Shown: piece after piece, positions 26,774 through 42,902 of the stretch
Layout: each line of letters opens with the position of its first letter
Position numbering within the stretch: position 1 is the stretch's first letter
Assembly: GCF_003334815.1 (NCBI RefSeq)
Contig: NZ_QOWO01000005.1
From: Escherichia coli
Lineage (GTDB): Bacteria; Pseudomonadota; Gammaproteobacteria; Enterobacterales; Enterobacteriaceae
Length of the DNA: 64,000 nucleotides
Strand: one strand, 5' to 3'
The notes under the pieces: model-generated
Told to the model about the DNA's origin: nothing
The model's input: the letters and a program-made list of their open reading frames with translations, nothing else
The model's database searches: none
Position numbers and translations under genes: made by a program

Positions 26774-27856
26774 GTGAAACCAGTAACGTTATACGATGTC
26801 GCAGAGTATGCCGGTGTCTCTTATCAGACCGTTTCCCGCGTGGTGAACCAGGCCAGCCACGTTTCTGCGAAAACGCGGGAAAAAGTGGAAGCGGCGATGG
26901 CGGAGCTGAATTACATTCCCAACCGCGTGGCACAACAACTGGCGGGCAAACAGTCGTTGCTGATTGGCGTTGCCACCTCCAGTCTGGCCCTGCACGCGCC
27001 GTCGCAAATTGTCGCGGCGATTAAATCTCGCGCCGATCAACTGGGTGCCAGCGTGGTGGTGTCGATGGTAGAACGAAGCGGCGTCGAAGCCTGTAAAGCG
27101 GCGGTGCACAATCTTCTCGCGCAACGCGTCAGTGGGCTGATCATTAACTATCCGCTGGATGACCAGGATGCCATTGCTGTGGAAGCTGCCTGCACTAATG
27201 TTCCGGCGTTATTTCTTGATGTCTCTGACCAGACACCCATCAACAGTATTATTTTCTCCCATGAAGACGGTACGCGACTGGGCGTGGAGCATCTGGTCGC
27301 ATTGGGTCACCAGCAAATCGCGCTGTTAGCGGGCCCATTAAGTTCTGTCTCGGCGCGTCTGCGTCTGGCTGGCTGGCATAAATATCTCACTCGCAATCAA
27401 ATTCAGCCGATAGCGGAACGGGAAGGCGACTGGAGTGCCATGTCCGGTTTTCAACAAACCATGCAAATGCTGAATGAGGGCATCGTTCCCACTGCGATGC
27501 TGGTTGCCAACGATCAGATGGCGCTGGGCGCAATGCGCGCCATTACCGAGTCCGGGCTGCGCGTTGGTGCGGATATCTCGGTAGTGGGATACGACGATAC
27601 CGAAGACAGCTCATGTTATATCCCGCCGTTAACCACCATCAAACAGGATTTTCGCCTGCTGGGGCAAACCAGCGTGGACCGCTTGCTGCAACTCTCTCAG
27701 GGCCAGGCGGTGAAGGGCAATCAGCTGTTGCCCGTCTCACTGGTGAAAAGAAAAACCACCCTGGCGCCCAATACGCAAACCGCCTCTCCCCGCGCGTTGG
27801 CCGATTCATTAATGCAGCTGGCACGACAGGTTTCCCGACTGGAAAGCGGGCAGTGA
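26774..27856 (+). CDS. lacI: Lac repressor
   Basis: GTG start at 26774 (MKPVTLYDVAEYAGVSYQTVSRV...), 360 aa, ending ...RLESGQ. Recognised sequence. Confidence 0.99.
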   Translation: MKPVTLYDVAEYAGVSYQTVSRVVNQASHVSAKTREKVEAAMAELNYIPNRVAQQLAGKQSLLIGVATSSLALHAPSQIVAAIKSRADQLGASVVVSMVERSGVEACKAAVHNLLAQRVSGLIINYPLDDQDAIAVEAACTNVPALFLDVSDQTPINSIIFSHEDGTRLGVEHLVALGHQQIALLAGPLSSVSARLRLAGWHKYLTRNQIQPIAEREGDWSAMSGFQQTMQMLNEGIVPTAMLVANDQMALGAMRAITESGLRVGADISVVGYDDTEDSSCYIPPLTTIKQDFRLLGQTSVDRLLQLSQGQAVKGNQLLPVSLVKRKTTLAPNTQTASPRALADSLMQLARQVSRLESGQ

Positions 27857-27869
27857 GCGCAACGCAATT
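27849..27869 (+). promoter_or_regulatory. lac operator O3
   Basis: ggcagtgagcgcaacgcaatt overlaps the lacI stop codon. Confidence 0.9.
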
Positions 27870-27890
27870 AATGTGAGTTAGCTCACTCAT
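27869..27890 (+). promoter_or_regulatory. CAP/CRP site of the lac promoter
   Basis: taaTGTGAgttagcTCACTcat. Confidence 0.92.
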
Positions 27891-27904
27891 TAGGCACCCC
27901 AGGC

Positions 27905-27934
27905 TTTACACTTTATGCTTCCGGCTCGTATGTT
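27905..27934 (+). promoter_or_regulatory. lac promoter (-35 TTTACA, -10 TATGTT; wild-type, not UV5)
   Basis: tttaca at 27905-10 and tatgtt at 27929-34, with an 18-bp spacer. Confidence 0.92.
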
Positions 27935-27940
27935 GTGTGA

Positions 27941-31053
<3,113 letters not shown>

Positions 31054-31059
31054 TAATAA

Positions 31060-32358
<1,299 letters not shown>

Positions 32359-32367
32359 GCAATCAAT

Positions 32368-32397
32368 GTCGGATGCGGCGCGAGCGCCTTATCCGAC
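32368..32397. repeat. REP element between lacY and lacA
   Basis: gtcggatgcggcgcgagcgccttatccgac. Confidence 0.85.
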
Positions 32398-32423
32398 CAA
32401 CATATCATAACGGAGTGATCGCA

Positions 32424-33035
32424 TTGAACATGCCAATGACCGAAAGAATAAGAGCAGGCAAGCTATTTACCGATATGTGCGAAGGCTTACCGGAAAAAAG
32501 ACTTCGTGGGAAAACGTTAATGTATGAGTTTAATCACTCGCATCCATCAGAAGTTGAAAAAAGAGAAAGCCTGATTAAAGAAATGTTTGCCACGGTAGGG
32601 GAAAACGCCTGGGTAGAACCGCCTGTCTATTTCTCTTACGGTTCCAACATCCATATAGGCCGCAATTTTTATGCAAATTTCAATTTAACCATTGTCGATG
32701 ACTACACGGTAACAATCGGTGATAACGTACTGATTGCACCCAACGTTACTCTTTCCGTTACGGGACACCCTGTACACCATGAATTGAGAAAAAACGGCGA
32801 GATGTACTCTTTTCCGATAACGATTGGCAATAACGTCTGGATCGGAAGTCATGTGGTTATTAATCCAGGCGTCACCATCGGGGATAATTCTGTTATTGGC
32901 GCGGGTAGTATCGTCACAAAAGACATTCCACCAAACGTCGTGGCGGCTGGCGTTCCTTGTCGGGTTATTCGCGAAATAAACGACCGGGATAAGCACTATT
33001 ATTTCAAAGATTATAAAGTTGAATCGTCAGTTTAA
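32424..33035 (+). CDS. lacA: Galactoside O-acetyltransferase
   Basis: The ORF track gives 32373..33035, whose 5' part runs through the REP. I place the start at TTG 32424 (MNMPMTERIRAGKLF...), giving 203 aa with hexapeptide repeats. Confidence 0.95.
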   Translation: MNMPMTERIRAGKLFTDMCEGLPEKRLRGKTLMYEFNHSHPSEVEKRESLIKEMFATVGENAWVEPPVYFSYGSNIHIGRNFYANFNLTIVDDYTVTIGDNVLIAPNVTLSVTGHPVHHELRKNGEMYSFPITIGNNVWIGSHVVINPGVTIGDNSVIGAGSIVTKDIPPNVVAAGVPCRVIREINDRDKHYYFKDYKVESSV

Positions 33036-33046
33036 ATTATAAAAAT

Positions 33047-33110
33047 TGCCTGATACGCTGCGCTTATCAGGCCTACAAGTTCAGCGATCTACATTAGCCG
33101 CATCCGGCAT
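33047..33110. repeat. REP pair (BIME) between convergent lacA and cynX
   Basis: tgcctgatacgctgcgcttatcaggcctac ... tagccgcatccggcatg. Confidence 0.85.
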
Positions 33111-33137
33111 GAACAAAGCGCAGGAACAAGCGTCGCA

Positions 33138-34292
33138 TCATGCCTCTTTGACCCACAGCTGCGGAAAACGTACTGGTGCAAAACGCAGGGTTATGATCAT
33201 CAGCCCAACGACGCACAGCGCATGAAATGCCCAGTCCATCAGGTAATTGCCGCTGATACTACGCAGCACGCCAGAAAACCACGGGGCAAGCCCGGCGATG
33301 ATAAAACCGATTCCCTGCATAAACGCCACCAGCTTGCCAGCAATAGCCGGTTGCACAGAGTGATCGAGCGCCAGCAGCAAACAGAGCGGAAACGCGCCGC
33401 CCAGACCTAACCCACACACCATCGCCCACAATACCGGCAATTGCATCGGCAGCCAGATAAAGCCGCAGAACCCCACCAGTTGTAACACCAGCGCCAGCAT
33501 TAACAGTTTGCGCCGATCCTGATGGCGAGCCATAGCAGGCATCAGCAAAGCTCCTGCGGCTTGCCCAAGCGTCATCAATGCCAGTAAGGAACCGCTGTAC
33601 TGCGCGCTGGCACCAATCTCAATATAGAAAGCGGGTAACCAGGCAATCAGGCTGGCGTAACCGCCGTTAATCAGACCGAAGTAAACACCCAGCGTCCACG
33701 CGCGGGGAGTGAATACCACGCGAACCGGAGTGGTTGTTGTCTTGTGGGAAGAGGCGACCTCGCGGGCGCTTTGCCACCACCAGGCAAAGAGCGCAACAAC
33801 GGCAGGCAGCGCCCACCAGGCGAGTGTTTGATACCAGGTTTCGCTATGTTGAACTAACCAGGGCGTTATGGCGGCACCAAGCCCACCGCCGCCCATCAGA
33901 GCCGCGGACCACAGCCCCATCACCAGTGGCGTGCGCTGCTGAAACCGCCGTTTAATCACCGAAGGCATCACCGCCTGAATGATGCCGATCCCCACCCCAC
34001 CAAGCAGTGCGCTGCTAAGCAGCAGCGCACTTTGCGGGTAAAGCTCACGCATCAATGCACCGACGGCAATCAGCAACAGACTGATGGCGACACTGCGACG
34101 TTCGCTGACATGCTGATGAAGCCAGCTTCCGGCCAGCGCCAGCCCGCCCATGGTAACCACCGGCAGAGCGGTCAACAGGGCAGCCACGCTAAAGCTCATT
34201 CCGCTCGCCTGGCGCAATTGCGGTAGCAGTGGCCCGACGGAGGTGAGCAGTGGTCGCATATTAAGACCAATCAGCACCAGTACCAGCAGCAT
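33138..34292 (-). CDS. cynX: CynX, MFS cyanate transporter
   Basis: The ORF track gives 33138..34319. The 384-aa form I recognise starts at the ATG at 34292 (MLLVLVLIGLNMRPLL...). Confidence 0.92.
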   Translation of the reverse strand: MLLVLVLIGLNMRPLLTSVGPLLPQLRQASGMSFSVAALLTALPVVTMGGLALAGSWLHQHVSERRSVAISLLLIAVGALMRELYPQSALLLSSALLGGVGIGIIQAVMPSVIKRRFQQRTPLVMGLWSAALMGGGGLGAAITPWLVQHSETWYQTLAWWALPAVVALFAWWWQSAREVASSHKTTTTPVRVVFTPRAWTLGVYFGLINGGYASLIAWLPAFYIEIGASAQYSGSLLALMTLGQAAGALLMPAMARHQDRRKLLMLALVLQLVGFCGFIWLPMQLPVLWAMVCGLGLGGAFPLCLLLALDHSVQPAIAGKLVAFMQGIGFIIAGLAPWFSGVLRSISGNYLMDWAFHALCVVGLMIITLRFAPVRFPQLWVKEA

Positions 34293-34324
34293 CGTGAACG
34301 TCTTTTGATGGTTGCGCATGGCTG

Positions 34325-34813
<489 letters not shown>

Positions 34814-34825
34814 TTAAAAATAAGG

Positions 34826-35485
34826 TTACGCTGCGGTCGGTTGGCGTAGCGGTATGGCACAAACGCGAGGATTAGCGGCCAGTGGCACAAACTGGCGGGT
34901 TGCGCCGTCAAAAGCTGCGATGCTGCCGCTTTCAATGTCGTAGACCCAGCCGTGCAGGGCGATCCGCCCCTCTTCGAGCGCCAGGCGCACCGATGGATGA
35001 GTTTGCAAATTAGCCAACTGAGCAATGACGTTTTCACGTACCATCGCCGCAGCTTTTGACGGTAAATCGGAATGCGGGCGCGCCTCATTAACGACGCGGG
35101 CTGAATCGGCATAACGCAGCCAGTGGGAGACGGCAGGCATATGGTCCATGCACTGACAGCTGGCAATGGCGGTCATCGCGCCACAGTTGGAATGACCACA
35201 AATCACAATGTCAGATACCCGAAGCGCAGCGACGGCATACTCCACCGAAGCAGAAACGCCACCGGGTTCCGGCCCGTAGGAAGGGACGATATTGCCCGCG
35301 TTGCGAATAACGAACAGATCGCCAGGCTCACGTTGCGTCACCAGCTCAGGGACCAGACGGCTGTCGGAGCAGGAGATAAAAAGTGTGCGCGGGCTTTGCT
35401 GTGTCGCCAGCTGTTTAAACAAGGCTTCCCGCTTCGGAAATGCCTCGCGCTGGAATTTAAGGAATCCATCAATAATCTCTTTCAC
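34826..35485 (-). CDS. cynT: Beta-class carbonic anhydrase 1
   Basis: 219-aa ORF with beta-CA Zn motifs CSDSR and HSNCGA. Confidence 0.98.
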
Positions 35486-35593
35486 CGTTAACCTCTGTCT
35501 GTCTCTGGAATGAGAGGCAGACTACTCGCCGATTGTCATAAGGTAAAAGTCTCATTTATGATGAGTTCCATTGGATTTACTTATAGGTTGCGA

Positions 35594-36493
35594 ATGCTCT
35601 CTCGACATATCAATTATTTTCTTGCCGTGGCTGAACATGGCAGCTTCACCCGTGCCGCCAGTGCGTTGCACGTCTCCCAACCTGCGCTTTCCCAGCAGAT
35701 TCGCCAGTTAGAGGAGAGTTTAGGCGTGCCGCTGTTTGACCGTAGCGGGCGAACGATTCGTCTCACTGATGCAGGAGAAGTCTGGCGACAGTACGCCAGC
35801 CGGGCGTTACAGGAACTGGGGGCGGGTAAACGGGCGATTCATGATGTTGCCGATCTGACGCGAGGATCGCTGCGTATCGCCGTCACCCCCACCTTTACGA
35901 GCTACTTTATCGGCCCCTTAATGGCGGATTTCTATGCGCGCTATCCCAGCATCACGCTCCAGCTACAGGAAATGTCGCAGGAGAAAATCGAGGATATGCT
36001 TTGCCGCGACGAGTTGGACGTTGGGATTGCCTTCGCGCCTGTGCATTCGCCGGAGCTGGAGGCAATTCCTTTACTGACAGAAAGTTTAGCGTTAGTCGTG
36101 GCGCAACATCATCCGCTGGCCGTCCATGAACAGGTGGCGTTGAGTCGCTTGCATGATGAAAAACTGGTCCTGCTCAGCGCGGAATTTGCCACCAGAGAGC
36201 AAATTGACCACTACTGCGAGAAAGCGGGGCTACATCCACAGGTGGTCATTGAGGCGAACTCAATTAGCGCGGTTCTGGAGCTGATTCGCCGCACTTCCCT
36301 TTCCACATTGTTACCAGCAGCGATTGCCACACAACATGACGGGCTTAAAGCTATTTCTCTTGCCCCGCCACTACTGGAGAGAACGGCGGTTTTGTTGCGG
36401 CGGAAAAATAGCTGGCAGACAGCCGCCGCGAAGGCATTTTTGCACATGGCGTTGGATAAATGCGCGGTTGTTGGCGGAAATGAATCACGGTAG
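35594..36493 (+). CDS. cynR: CynR, LysR-type activator of cynTSX
   Basis: The ORF track gives 35510..36493. I place the start at ATG 35594 ([40 protein letters not shown]...), giving 299 aa. Confidence 0.95.
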   Translation: MLSRHINYFLAVAEHGSFTRAASALHVSQPALSQQIRQLEESLGVPLFDRSGRTIRLTDAGEVWRQYASRALQELGAGKRAIHDVADLTRGSLRIAVTPTFTSYFIGPLMADFYARYPSITLQLQEMSQEKIEDMLCRDELDVGIAFAPVHSPELEAIPLLTESLALVVAQHHPLAVHEQVALSRLHDEKLVLLSAEFATREQIDHYCEKAGLHPQVVIEANSISAVLELIRRTSLSTLLPAAIATQHDGLKAISLAPPLLERTAVLLRRKNSWQTAAAKAFLHMALDKCAVVGGNESR

Positions 36494-36520
36494 CCGCTGA
36501 CACAGGTCTGCGGCTGGAAT

Positions 36521-36601
36521 TGCCTGATGCGCTACGCTTATCAGGCCTACGAGTTCAGTGCTCTACGTAGGCCGGATAAGGCGTTCACGCCGCATCCGGC
36601 A
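36521..36601. repeat. REP pair (BIME) between convergent cynR and codA
   Basis: tgcctgatgcgctacgcttatcaggcctac...gtaggccggataaggcgttcacgccgcatccggca. Confidence 0.88.
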
Positions 36602-36629
36602 TAAACTAAGCTCGCTGTAACCCAGTCGT

Positions 36630-37913
36630 TCAACGTTTGTAATCGATGGCTTCTGGCTGCTCCAGATATACGGTGGTTTGTGCCGGTTGTGTGCTGGCAA
36701 TCACCTTGCCGCCACGTACCGAATAACGTACCGGAACCTGACGGCGCAGCGCATCAAACCCATTTTCAGCCGGCAGGATAATCAGGTTGGCGCTGTTTCC
36801 GGCGGCAATGCCGTAATCCTGCAAATTCAACGTCCTTGCGCTGTGGTGGGTGATTAAATTCAGGCCATCGTTAATCTGCCCGTAGCCCATCAACTGGCAA
36901 ACATGCAGCCCCATATGCAGCACTTGCAGCATATTCGCCGTTCCCAGCGGATACCACGGATCGAAGACATCATCGTGACCAAAGCAGACGTTAATGCCGG
37001 ACTCCAGCATCTCTTTAACGCGCGTGATGCCGCGACGTTTTGGATACGTATCGAAACGTCCTTGCAGATGAATATTGACCAGCGGGTTGGCGACAAAGTT
37101 AATACCGGACATTTTCAGCAAGCGGAACAGGCGTGAGGTATACGCCCCGTTATAGGAGTGCATTGCCGTGGTGTGGCTGGCGGTGACTCGCGCGCCCATG
37201 CCTTCATGGTGCGCCAGGGCAGCAACGGTTTCGACAAAGCGCGACTGCTCGTCATCGATCTCATCACAGTGAACGTCGATGAGACGGTCGTATTTTTGCG
37301 CCAGGGCGAAGGTTTTATGCAGCGACTCCACGCCGTATTCACGGGTAAATTCAAAATGCGGAATCGCCCCCACTACATCTGCCCCTAAGCGTAACGCCTC
37401 TTCCAGCAACGCTTCACCGTTGGGATACGACAAAATCCCTTCCTGAGGGAAGGCGACGATTTGCAGATCAATCCACGGCGCGACTTCCTGCTTCACTTCC
37501 AGCATTGCTTTCAGCGCAGTTAGCGTTGCATCCGAAACATCGACATGGGTACGCACATGCTGAATGCCGTTGGCAATCTGCCATTTCAGCGTTTGCCATG
37601 CGCGTTGTTTCACATCGTCATGGGTTAATAACGCTTTGCGCTCGGCCCAGCGTTCAATGCCTTCAAACAGCGTGCCGGACTGATTCCAGTTCGGTTGTCC
37701 GGCGGTTTGCGTGGTGTCCAGGTGAATATGTGGCTCCACAAACGGCGGTATAACTAAACCTTGTTCGGCATCCAGGCTGTTTTCAGTTATGGGCATCACG
37801 CCGGATTGCGCATCAATGGCGCTGATTTTTCCGTCCTGCAGATGAATCTGCCACAGCCCCTCTTCGCCTGGTAACCGGGCGTTAATAATTGTTTGTAAAG
37901 CGTTATTCGACAC
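36630..37913 (-). CDS. codA: Cytosine deaminase
   Basis: The ORF track gives 36630..37928. I place the GTG start at 37913 ([16 protein letters not shown]...), giving 427 aa. Amidohydrolase HxH motif PHIHLDT. 11-nt overlap with codB. Confidence 0.96.
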
Positions 37914-39162
37914 TGTTAGCCTCCACATGCGTCATTGCTGCTGTCGTTTTACGATTCAAAATCGGGTTAAGGATCAGATAGCTCAGCGCGCCACCTAATA
38001 CCGCGTTGACCGGAACAATTCCCGGTAACCAGTGGCCTGCAGCAATCCCCAAGGCGACCGCCAGAATCGCCACCCAATTGACACTCATCATACGCGTGGT
38101 CGCAAAGTGCTCATAGCGGCGACGGTTCATCAGATAGTCGGCGATGATCACGCCACCCACTGGAGGAATAGCTGCCGAAAGGAAGGTCAACCAGCCGACA
38201 AAATTGTTATACAGCCATAATGCGCAGACCGTACCGATAATACCGTTGATTACCGAAAGGGTTTTGCTCGACATCCCGGTAATGTTGGCGAAACCTAAAC
38301 CCGACGCATAGAGTGCGTTATCGTTGGTGGTCCAGATATTCAGCCCCAGCACCACAATCGCAGGCAGCAGCAGGCCCTGAGCAATCATCACATCAGAGAT
38401 ATCCGCCATGCCCAGTGCCGCAGCGCCCGCTGCACCGAAAATAAACATCAACGAGTTGCCGAGGAAAAAGGCCACCATCGCCACCAGCACCGCCAGTTTG
38501 GCATTGCGACCAAACCGGACAAAGTCAGCGGTGAGCGTACCCGCACTGATAAATGACCCCACAACCAGCGCCAGCGCGACATTGAAATCTAACGGTTGTG
38601 CGGGAACGACCGCTTTTAATGCGTCCAGGCCGCCCATGCCGTTAACAGCCAGCCACACGGAATAACCGCCCAGGCAGGCGATAGCCGGAACCGCAATCAC
38701 CGAAAGAACCGTCAGCGCCGAAATGCCAAAAAAGACGGTGACGGTCATCAGTAAACCGGAAACGGCAATCAGCAAATTAATATCCAGCCCGGTTGCCTTA
38801 CCCACCGGAATGGCAAACATCGCCACACCGACGCCAAACCAGCCAACCTGAGTTCCGCCCAGTAGCAGTGAAGGCAGCCATGAGCCTTTAACACCAAACG
38901 AGAAGCGAGCAAGAAGATGAGTGGTCAGGCCGGTTTTTGCGCCAATGTAACCGAGAAATGAAGTGTAAATACCGAGGAGAAGATTACCGATGAGAACTGC
39001 GAGGAAGAAATCATGATAGCTAAGACCGGTTCCGAGAGTGCCGCCGGTCCACATACTGGCGGAAAAGAAGGTTAATCCCAGCATGACGAACGTCAATGCC
39101 AATACCCCTTTCCGCGCCGACTGCGGGACTGGCCCCTGGCTAAAGTTGTTATCTTGCGACAC
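37903..39162 (-). CDS. codB: Cytosine permease (NCS1 family)
   Basis: 419-aa polytopic ORF ([29 protein letters not shown]...). Recognised sequence. Confidence 0.97.
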
Positions 39163-39228
39163 GAAATTCCCCCTTTTTGCTGTTTGAAACCCAAAAAATC
39201 CGCCGCATTCTATTCATCTGAAGATAAA

Positions 39229-39244
39229 AAGCAATCGTTTTCGT
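39229..39244 (-). promoter_or_regulatory. Candidate PurR box upstream of codBA
   Basis: The codB strand reads ACGAAAACGATTGCTT, a 13/16 match to the PUR-box consensus ACGCAAACGTTTGCGT. It lies 67-82 nt upstream of the codB ATG. Confidence 0.6.
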
Positions 39245-39314
39245 GGGGAAATATATTTTTTATATGAATGAGTGCAAAAAGGTGGGGGAAAAATTATCGG
39301 TGTAAAAACAGTGG

Positions 39315-39486
39315 GTAGGCCTGATAAGACGCGTCAGCGTCGCATCAGGCATCTGAGCATGGTGTCGGATGCGACGCGAGCGCCTTATCCGACCTACGGT
39401 TCAGGTCCGTAGGCATGATAAAACGCGTCAGCGTCGCATCAGGCATCGGCACACAGTGCCGGATGCACCGCGCGACGCATCCGACA
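39315..39486. repeat. BIME cluster (four REPs) between codB upstream region and prpE 3' end
   Basis: gtaggcctgataagacgcgtcagcgtcgcatcaggcat / gtcggatgcgacgcgagcgccttatccgacctac / gtaggcatgataaaacgcgtcagcgtcgcatcaggcat / gccggatgcaccgcgcgacgcatccgac. Confidence 0.88.
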
Positions 39487-39491
39487 ATAAC

Positions 39492-41378
39492 CTACTCTTC
39501 CATCGCCTGGCGGATCTGATCCAACGACGCAGGATCATCAATGGTCGTCAGATCTCCAGGATCGCGTCCTTCGCAAATCGCCTGGATCGTGCGGCGCAGC
39601 ATTTTTCCGGATCGCGTTTTTGGCAATTGCGAGACAAACCAGACGTGCGCCGGGCGGCCAAAGTTGCCAATCTGGCTGTCCACCAGCGCCATAATCGCCT
39701 TCTCTTGCGAGTGCGCCACATCACGATCTTCCAGACTGTCGCTCTCTTTCGGAATGACAAACGCCACCGCCACCTGCCCTTTCAGCGCATCTTTCACCCC
39801 AACCACCGCCACTTCGGCAACGCCCGGATGGCTGGAGATACTCTCTTCAATCTCGCGCGTCCCCAGCCGATGCCCGGCAACGTTAATTACATCGTCAGTG
39901 CGCCCGAGAATAAAGTGATAACCGTCAGCGTCACGGATGCCCCAGTCAAAGGTGGCGTACACCGGGCGGGAAAACAGCGACCAGTAAGTCTTCACAAAGC
40001 GGCCGTCGTCGCCCCAGATGGTCTGAATACACCCCGGCGGCAGCGGCCCTTCCACCACCAGCATCCCTTTCTCGTTGACGCCACACGGTTCGCCGGTGAC
40101 TTCATTAAGCAACTGCACGTTATAGCCATACATCGGCACACCGGGGCTTCCCAGACGCGTCGGCCTGTCGTCCAGACCGCGAGCAATCGCCATAATCGGC
40201 CAGCCGGATTCGGTCTGCCAGTAGTTGTCGATGACCGGCACATCCAGCGTATTGCTCACCCAACTGGCGGTCGGCTCGTCCAGCGGTTCTCCAGCCAGAT
40301 AGAGCACTTCCAGCGACGAGAGATCGTGTTTGCGAATTTCAGCGGTAGGGAATTTTTTCAGCACGCGAATGGCGGTCGGCGCTGAGAACATCCGGCTAAC
40401 CTGATATTTCTCGACGATTTTCCACCACACGCCGCAGTCCGGCCAGGTCGGCAATCCTTCGTAAACGATAGTCGCCATCCCCGCCAGCAGCGGCGCGTAA
40501 ACGATATACGAATGCCCCACCACCCAGCCGATATCCGATGCGCAAAAGAACACGCTGCCCGCTTTGCCGCCAAAAATGGTGTCCATCGAGGTCGCCAGCG
40601 CCACCGCATATCCGCCGACGTCACGCTGCACGCCTTTAGGTTTGCCGGTCGTGCCGGAAGTGTAGAGAATGCAGGAGGTTTCGTTGGATTCCAGCCACGC
40701 CACCGGTACCCGCGCGCCGATGTGTTGATGGCGCAACGACGCGAAATCGACATCCCGCCCGCTGACGCGCGCCATTTTCGCCAGCCCGCGATCCACCAGC
40801 AAAACATGGCGTGGCTGGTGCTGCGCCTGACTTATCGCATCGTCGAGCAATTTTTTATAGGGAATGATTTTGCCACCGCGCGCTCCGGCATCAGCCGAGA
40901 CAATCAGCACCGGTTTAGCGTCATCAATTCGCGCCGCCACGCTGTGCGAGGCAAATCCACCAAACACCACCGAGTGAATAGCGCCAATGCGCGCGCAGGC
41001 CAGCAGAGTAATATGCGCTTCGGCAATCATCGGCATATACACCAGCACCCGATCGCCGCGCTGCACACCCAATGAACGCAACATTGAGGCCACCGCGTTC
41101 ACTTCGTCATGCAGCTGACGAAAGGTAAAGGTGCGCTCTTCTTCTGTTTCCGAAGAGACGGCAATCAGCGCCAGCGCCTCTGGCTGTTTCTCCAGCCAGC
41201 GGTCGATGGCGTTGTGGCACAAGTTGGTTCGGCCTTCACAAAACCAACGGGCAAACGGCGGATTGCTGTGATCGAGCGTTTGCGTAAAGGGCGTCTGCCA
41301 GTCAATACGCCGGGCCTGCTCGGCCCAGAACTGCTCCGGTTCGTTAATCGAACGCTGATAAAATTCGCTAAAAGACAT
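39492..41378 (-). CDS. prpE: Propionyl-CoA synthetase
   Basis: 628-aa ORF with the AMP-forming acyl-CoA synthetase motif YTSGTTGKPKG. Recognised sequence. Confidence 0.97.
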   Translation of the reverse strand: MSFSEFYQRSINEPEQFWAEQARRIDWQTPFTQTLDHSNPPFARWFCEGRTNLCHNAIDRWLEKQPEALALIAVSSETEEERTFTFRQLHDEVNAVASMLRSLGVQRGDRVLVYMPMIAEAHITLLACARIGAIHSVVFGGFASHSVAARIDDAKPVLIVSADAGARGGKIIPYKKLLDDAISQAQHQPRHVLLVDRGLAKMARVSGRDVDFASLRHQHIGARVPVAWLESNETSCILYTSGTTGKPKGVQRDVGGYAVALATSMDTIFGGKAGSVFFCASDIGWVVGHSYIVYAPLLAGMATIVYEGLPTWPDCGVWWKIVEKYQVSRMFSAPTAIRVLKKFPTAEIRKHDLSSLEVLYLAGEPLDEPTASWVSNTLDVPVIDNYWQTESGWPIMAIARGLDDRPTRLGSPGVPMYGYNVQLLNEVTGEPCGVNEKGMLVVEGPLPPGCIQTIWGDDGRFVKTYWSLFSRPVYATFDWGIRDADGYHFILGRTDDVINVAGHRLGTREIEESISSHPGVAEVAVVGVKDALKGQVAVAFVIPKESDSLEDRDVAHSQEKAIMALVDSQIGNFGRPAHVWFVSQLPKTRSGKMLRRTIQAICEGRDPGDLTTIDDPASLDQIRQAMEE

Positions 41379-41417
41379 AATGCTCTCCTGTTGAACTTAC
41401 GCCTTACCGCCGTTTAC

Positions 41418-42869
41418 TTAAATGACGTACAGGTCGAGATACTCATTGACCGGCATCTGTTCCAGGCGAGCTCTGTCGAGAGAAACCTCCAGAATGCGCT
41501 GCTGTTGGCGAGTCGGGAACTGGCGCGCGAGATTGATTTTGAATTTATCGACCAGTTTCGGAATACCATCCTGACGGCGGCGAGCATGACCAATGGGGTA
41601 CTCCACCACCACTTCTTCAAATCGTGTGCCGTCGGTGAACTCAAGGGTAATGGCATTGGCGATGGCGCGTTTTTCCGGGTCGTGGTAGTCAGCGGTAAAT
41701 GCCGGATCTTCAAAGCAATTGATCTTCTCGCGCAGGGCGTCAATGCGTTTATCTTGCGCAACGTTGTCCTCGTAATCTGCCGCCGTTAAGCGCCCGAATA
41801 GCAGCGGGATCGCCACCATGTACTGAATGCAGTGATCGCGGTCTGCCGGGTTATTGAGCGGCCCTTTTTTGTCGATGATGCGAATACAGGCTTCGTGGGT
41901 GCGAATGGTCACTTTTTCGATATCCGCCGCCGTTTTGCCTGCTGCCTGCATCTGTTCATAGAGCGTCATCGCTGCTTCAACTGCCGTCTGGGAGTGGAAC
42001 TCCGCCGGGAAGGAGATTTTGAACAGCACATTTTCCATAACGTAGGAACCGTACGGGCGCTGGAAGCGGAACGATTCACCTTTAAAGGAGACGTCGTAGA
42101 AGCCCCACACCGGCGCAGTCAGGGCTGACGGGTAACCCATTTCGCCCGTTTTCGCCATCAGTGCCAGACGTACCGCGCGGGAAGTGGCATCGCCCGCCGC
42201 CCAGGATTTACGCGTGCCGGTGTTCGGCGCATGGCGATAGGTGCGCAGCGACTGACCGTCCACCCACGCCAGCGAAACGGCGTTGAGAATTTCCTCGCGG
42301 GTCAGGCCGAGCATTTCGGCGACCACGGCGGTGGAAGCCACTTTCACTAACAGAACGTGGTCGAGGCCGACGCGGTTAAAGGAGTTTTCCAGCGCGATGC
42401 AGCCCTGAATTTCATGGGCTTTGATCATTGCGGTCAGCACCTGTTTCATGGTCAACGGCGCTTTGCCGCTGGCGACCGCGTTGCGCGAAAGCCAGTCCGC
42501 CGTTGCCAGAATGCCGCCGAGGTTGTCGGAAGGATGGCCCCACTCCGCCGCCAGCCAGGTATCGTTGAAATCGAGCCAGCGGATCATCGCGCCGATGTTA
42601 AATGCCGCCTGGACGGGGTCGAGCTGGAACTGAGTTCCGGGGACGCGCACGCCGTTGGGTACGACGGTGCCGGGAACAATTGGCCCCAGCAGTTTTTTAC
42701 AGGCCGGGTATTCGAGAGCTTCCAGACCGCAGCCGAGCGTGTCGAGCAGGCAGTAATGTGCGGTGTCGTAGGCCACTTTAGAGCTGATTTCGTAGTTCAT
42801 GACGTAATCGACGATATCAACGATTTCACGATCAAATTCCGGGCGGATGTTGTTGATTTGAGCTGACAT
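41418..42869 (-). CDS. prpD: 2-methylcitrate dehydratase
   Basis: 483-aa ORF ([23 protein letters not shown]...). Recognised sequence. Confidence 0.97.
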
Positions 42870-42902
42870 TGGGTACGTTTCCTTATTGTTATTCGTAGAG
42901 GT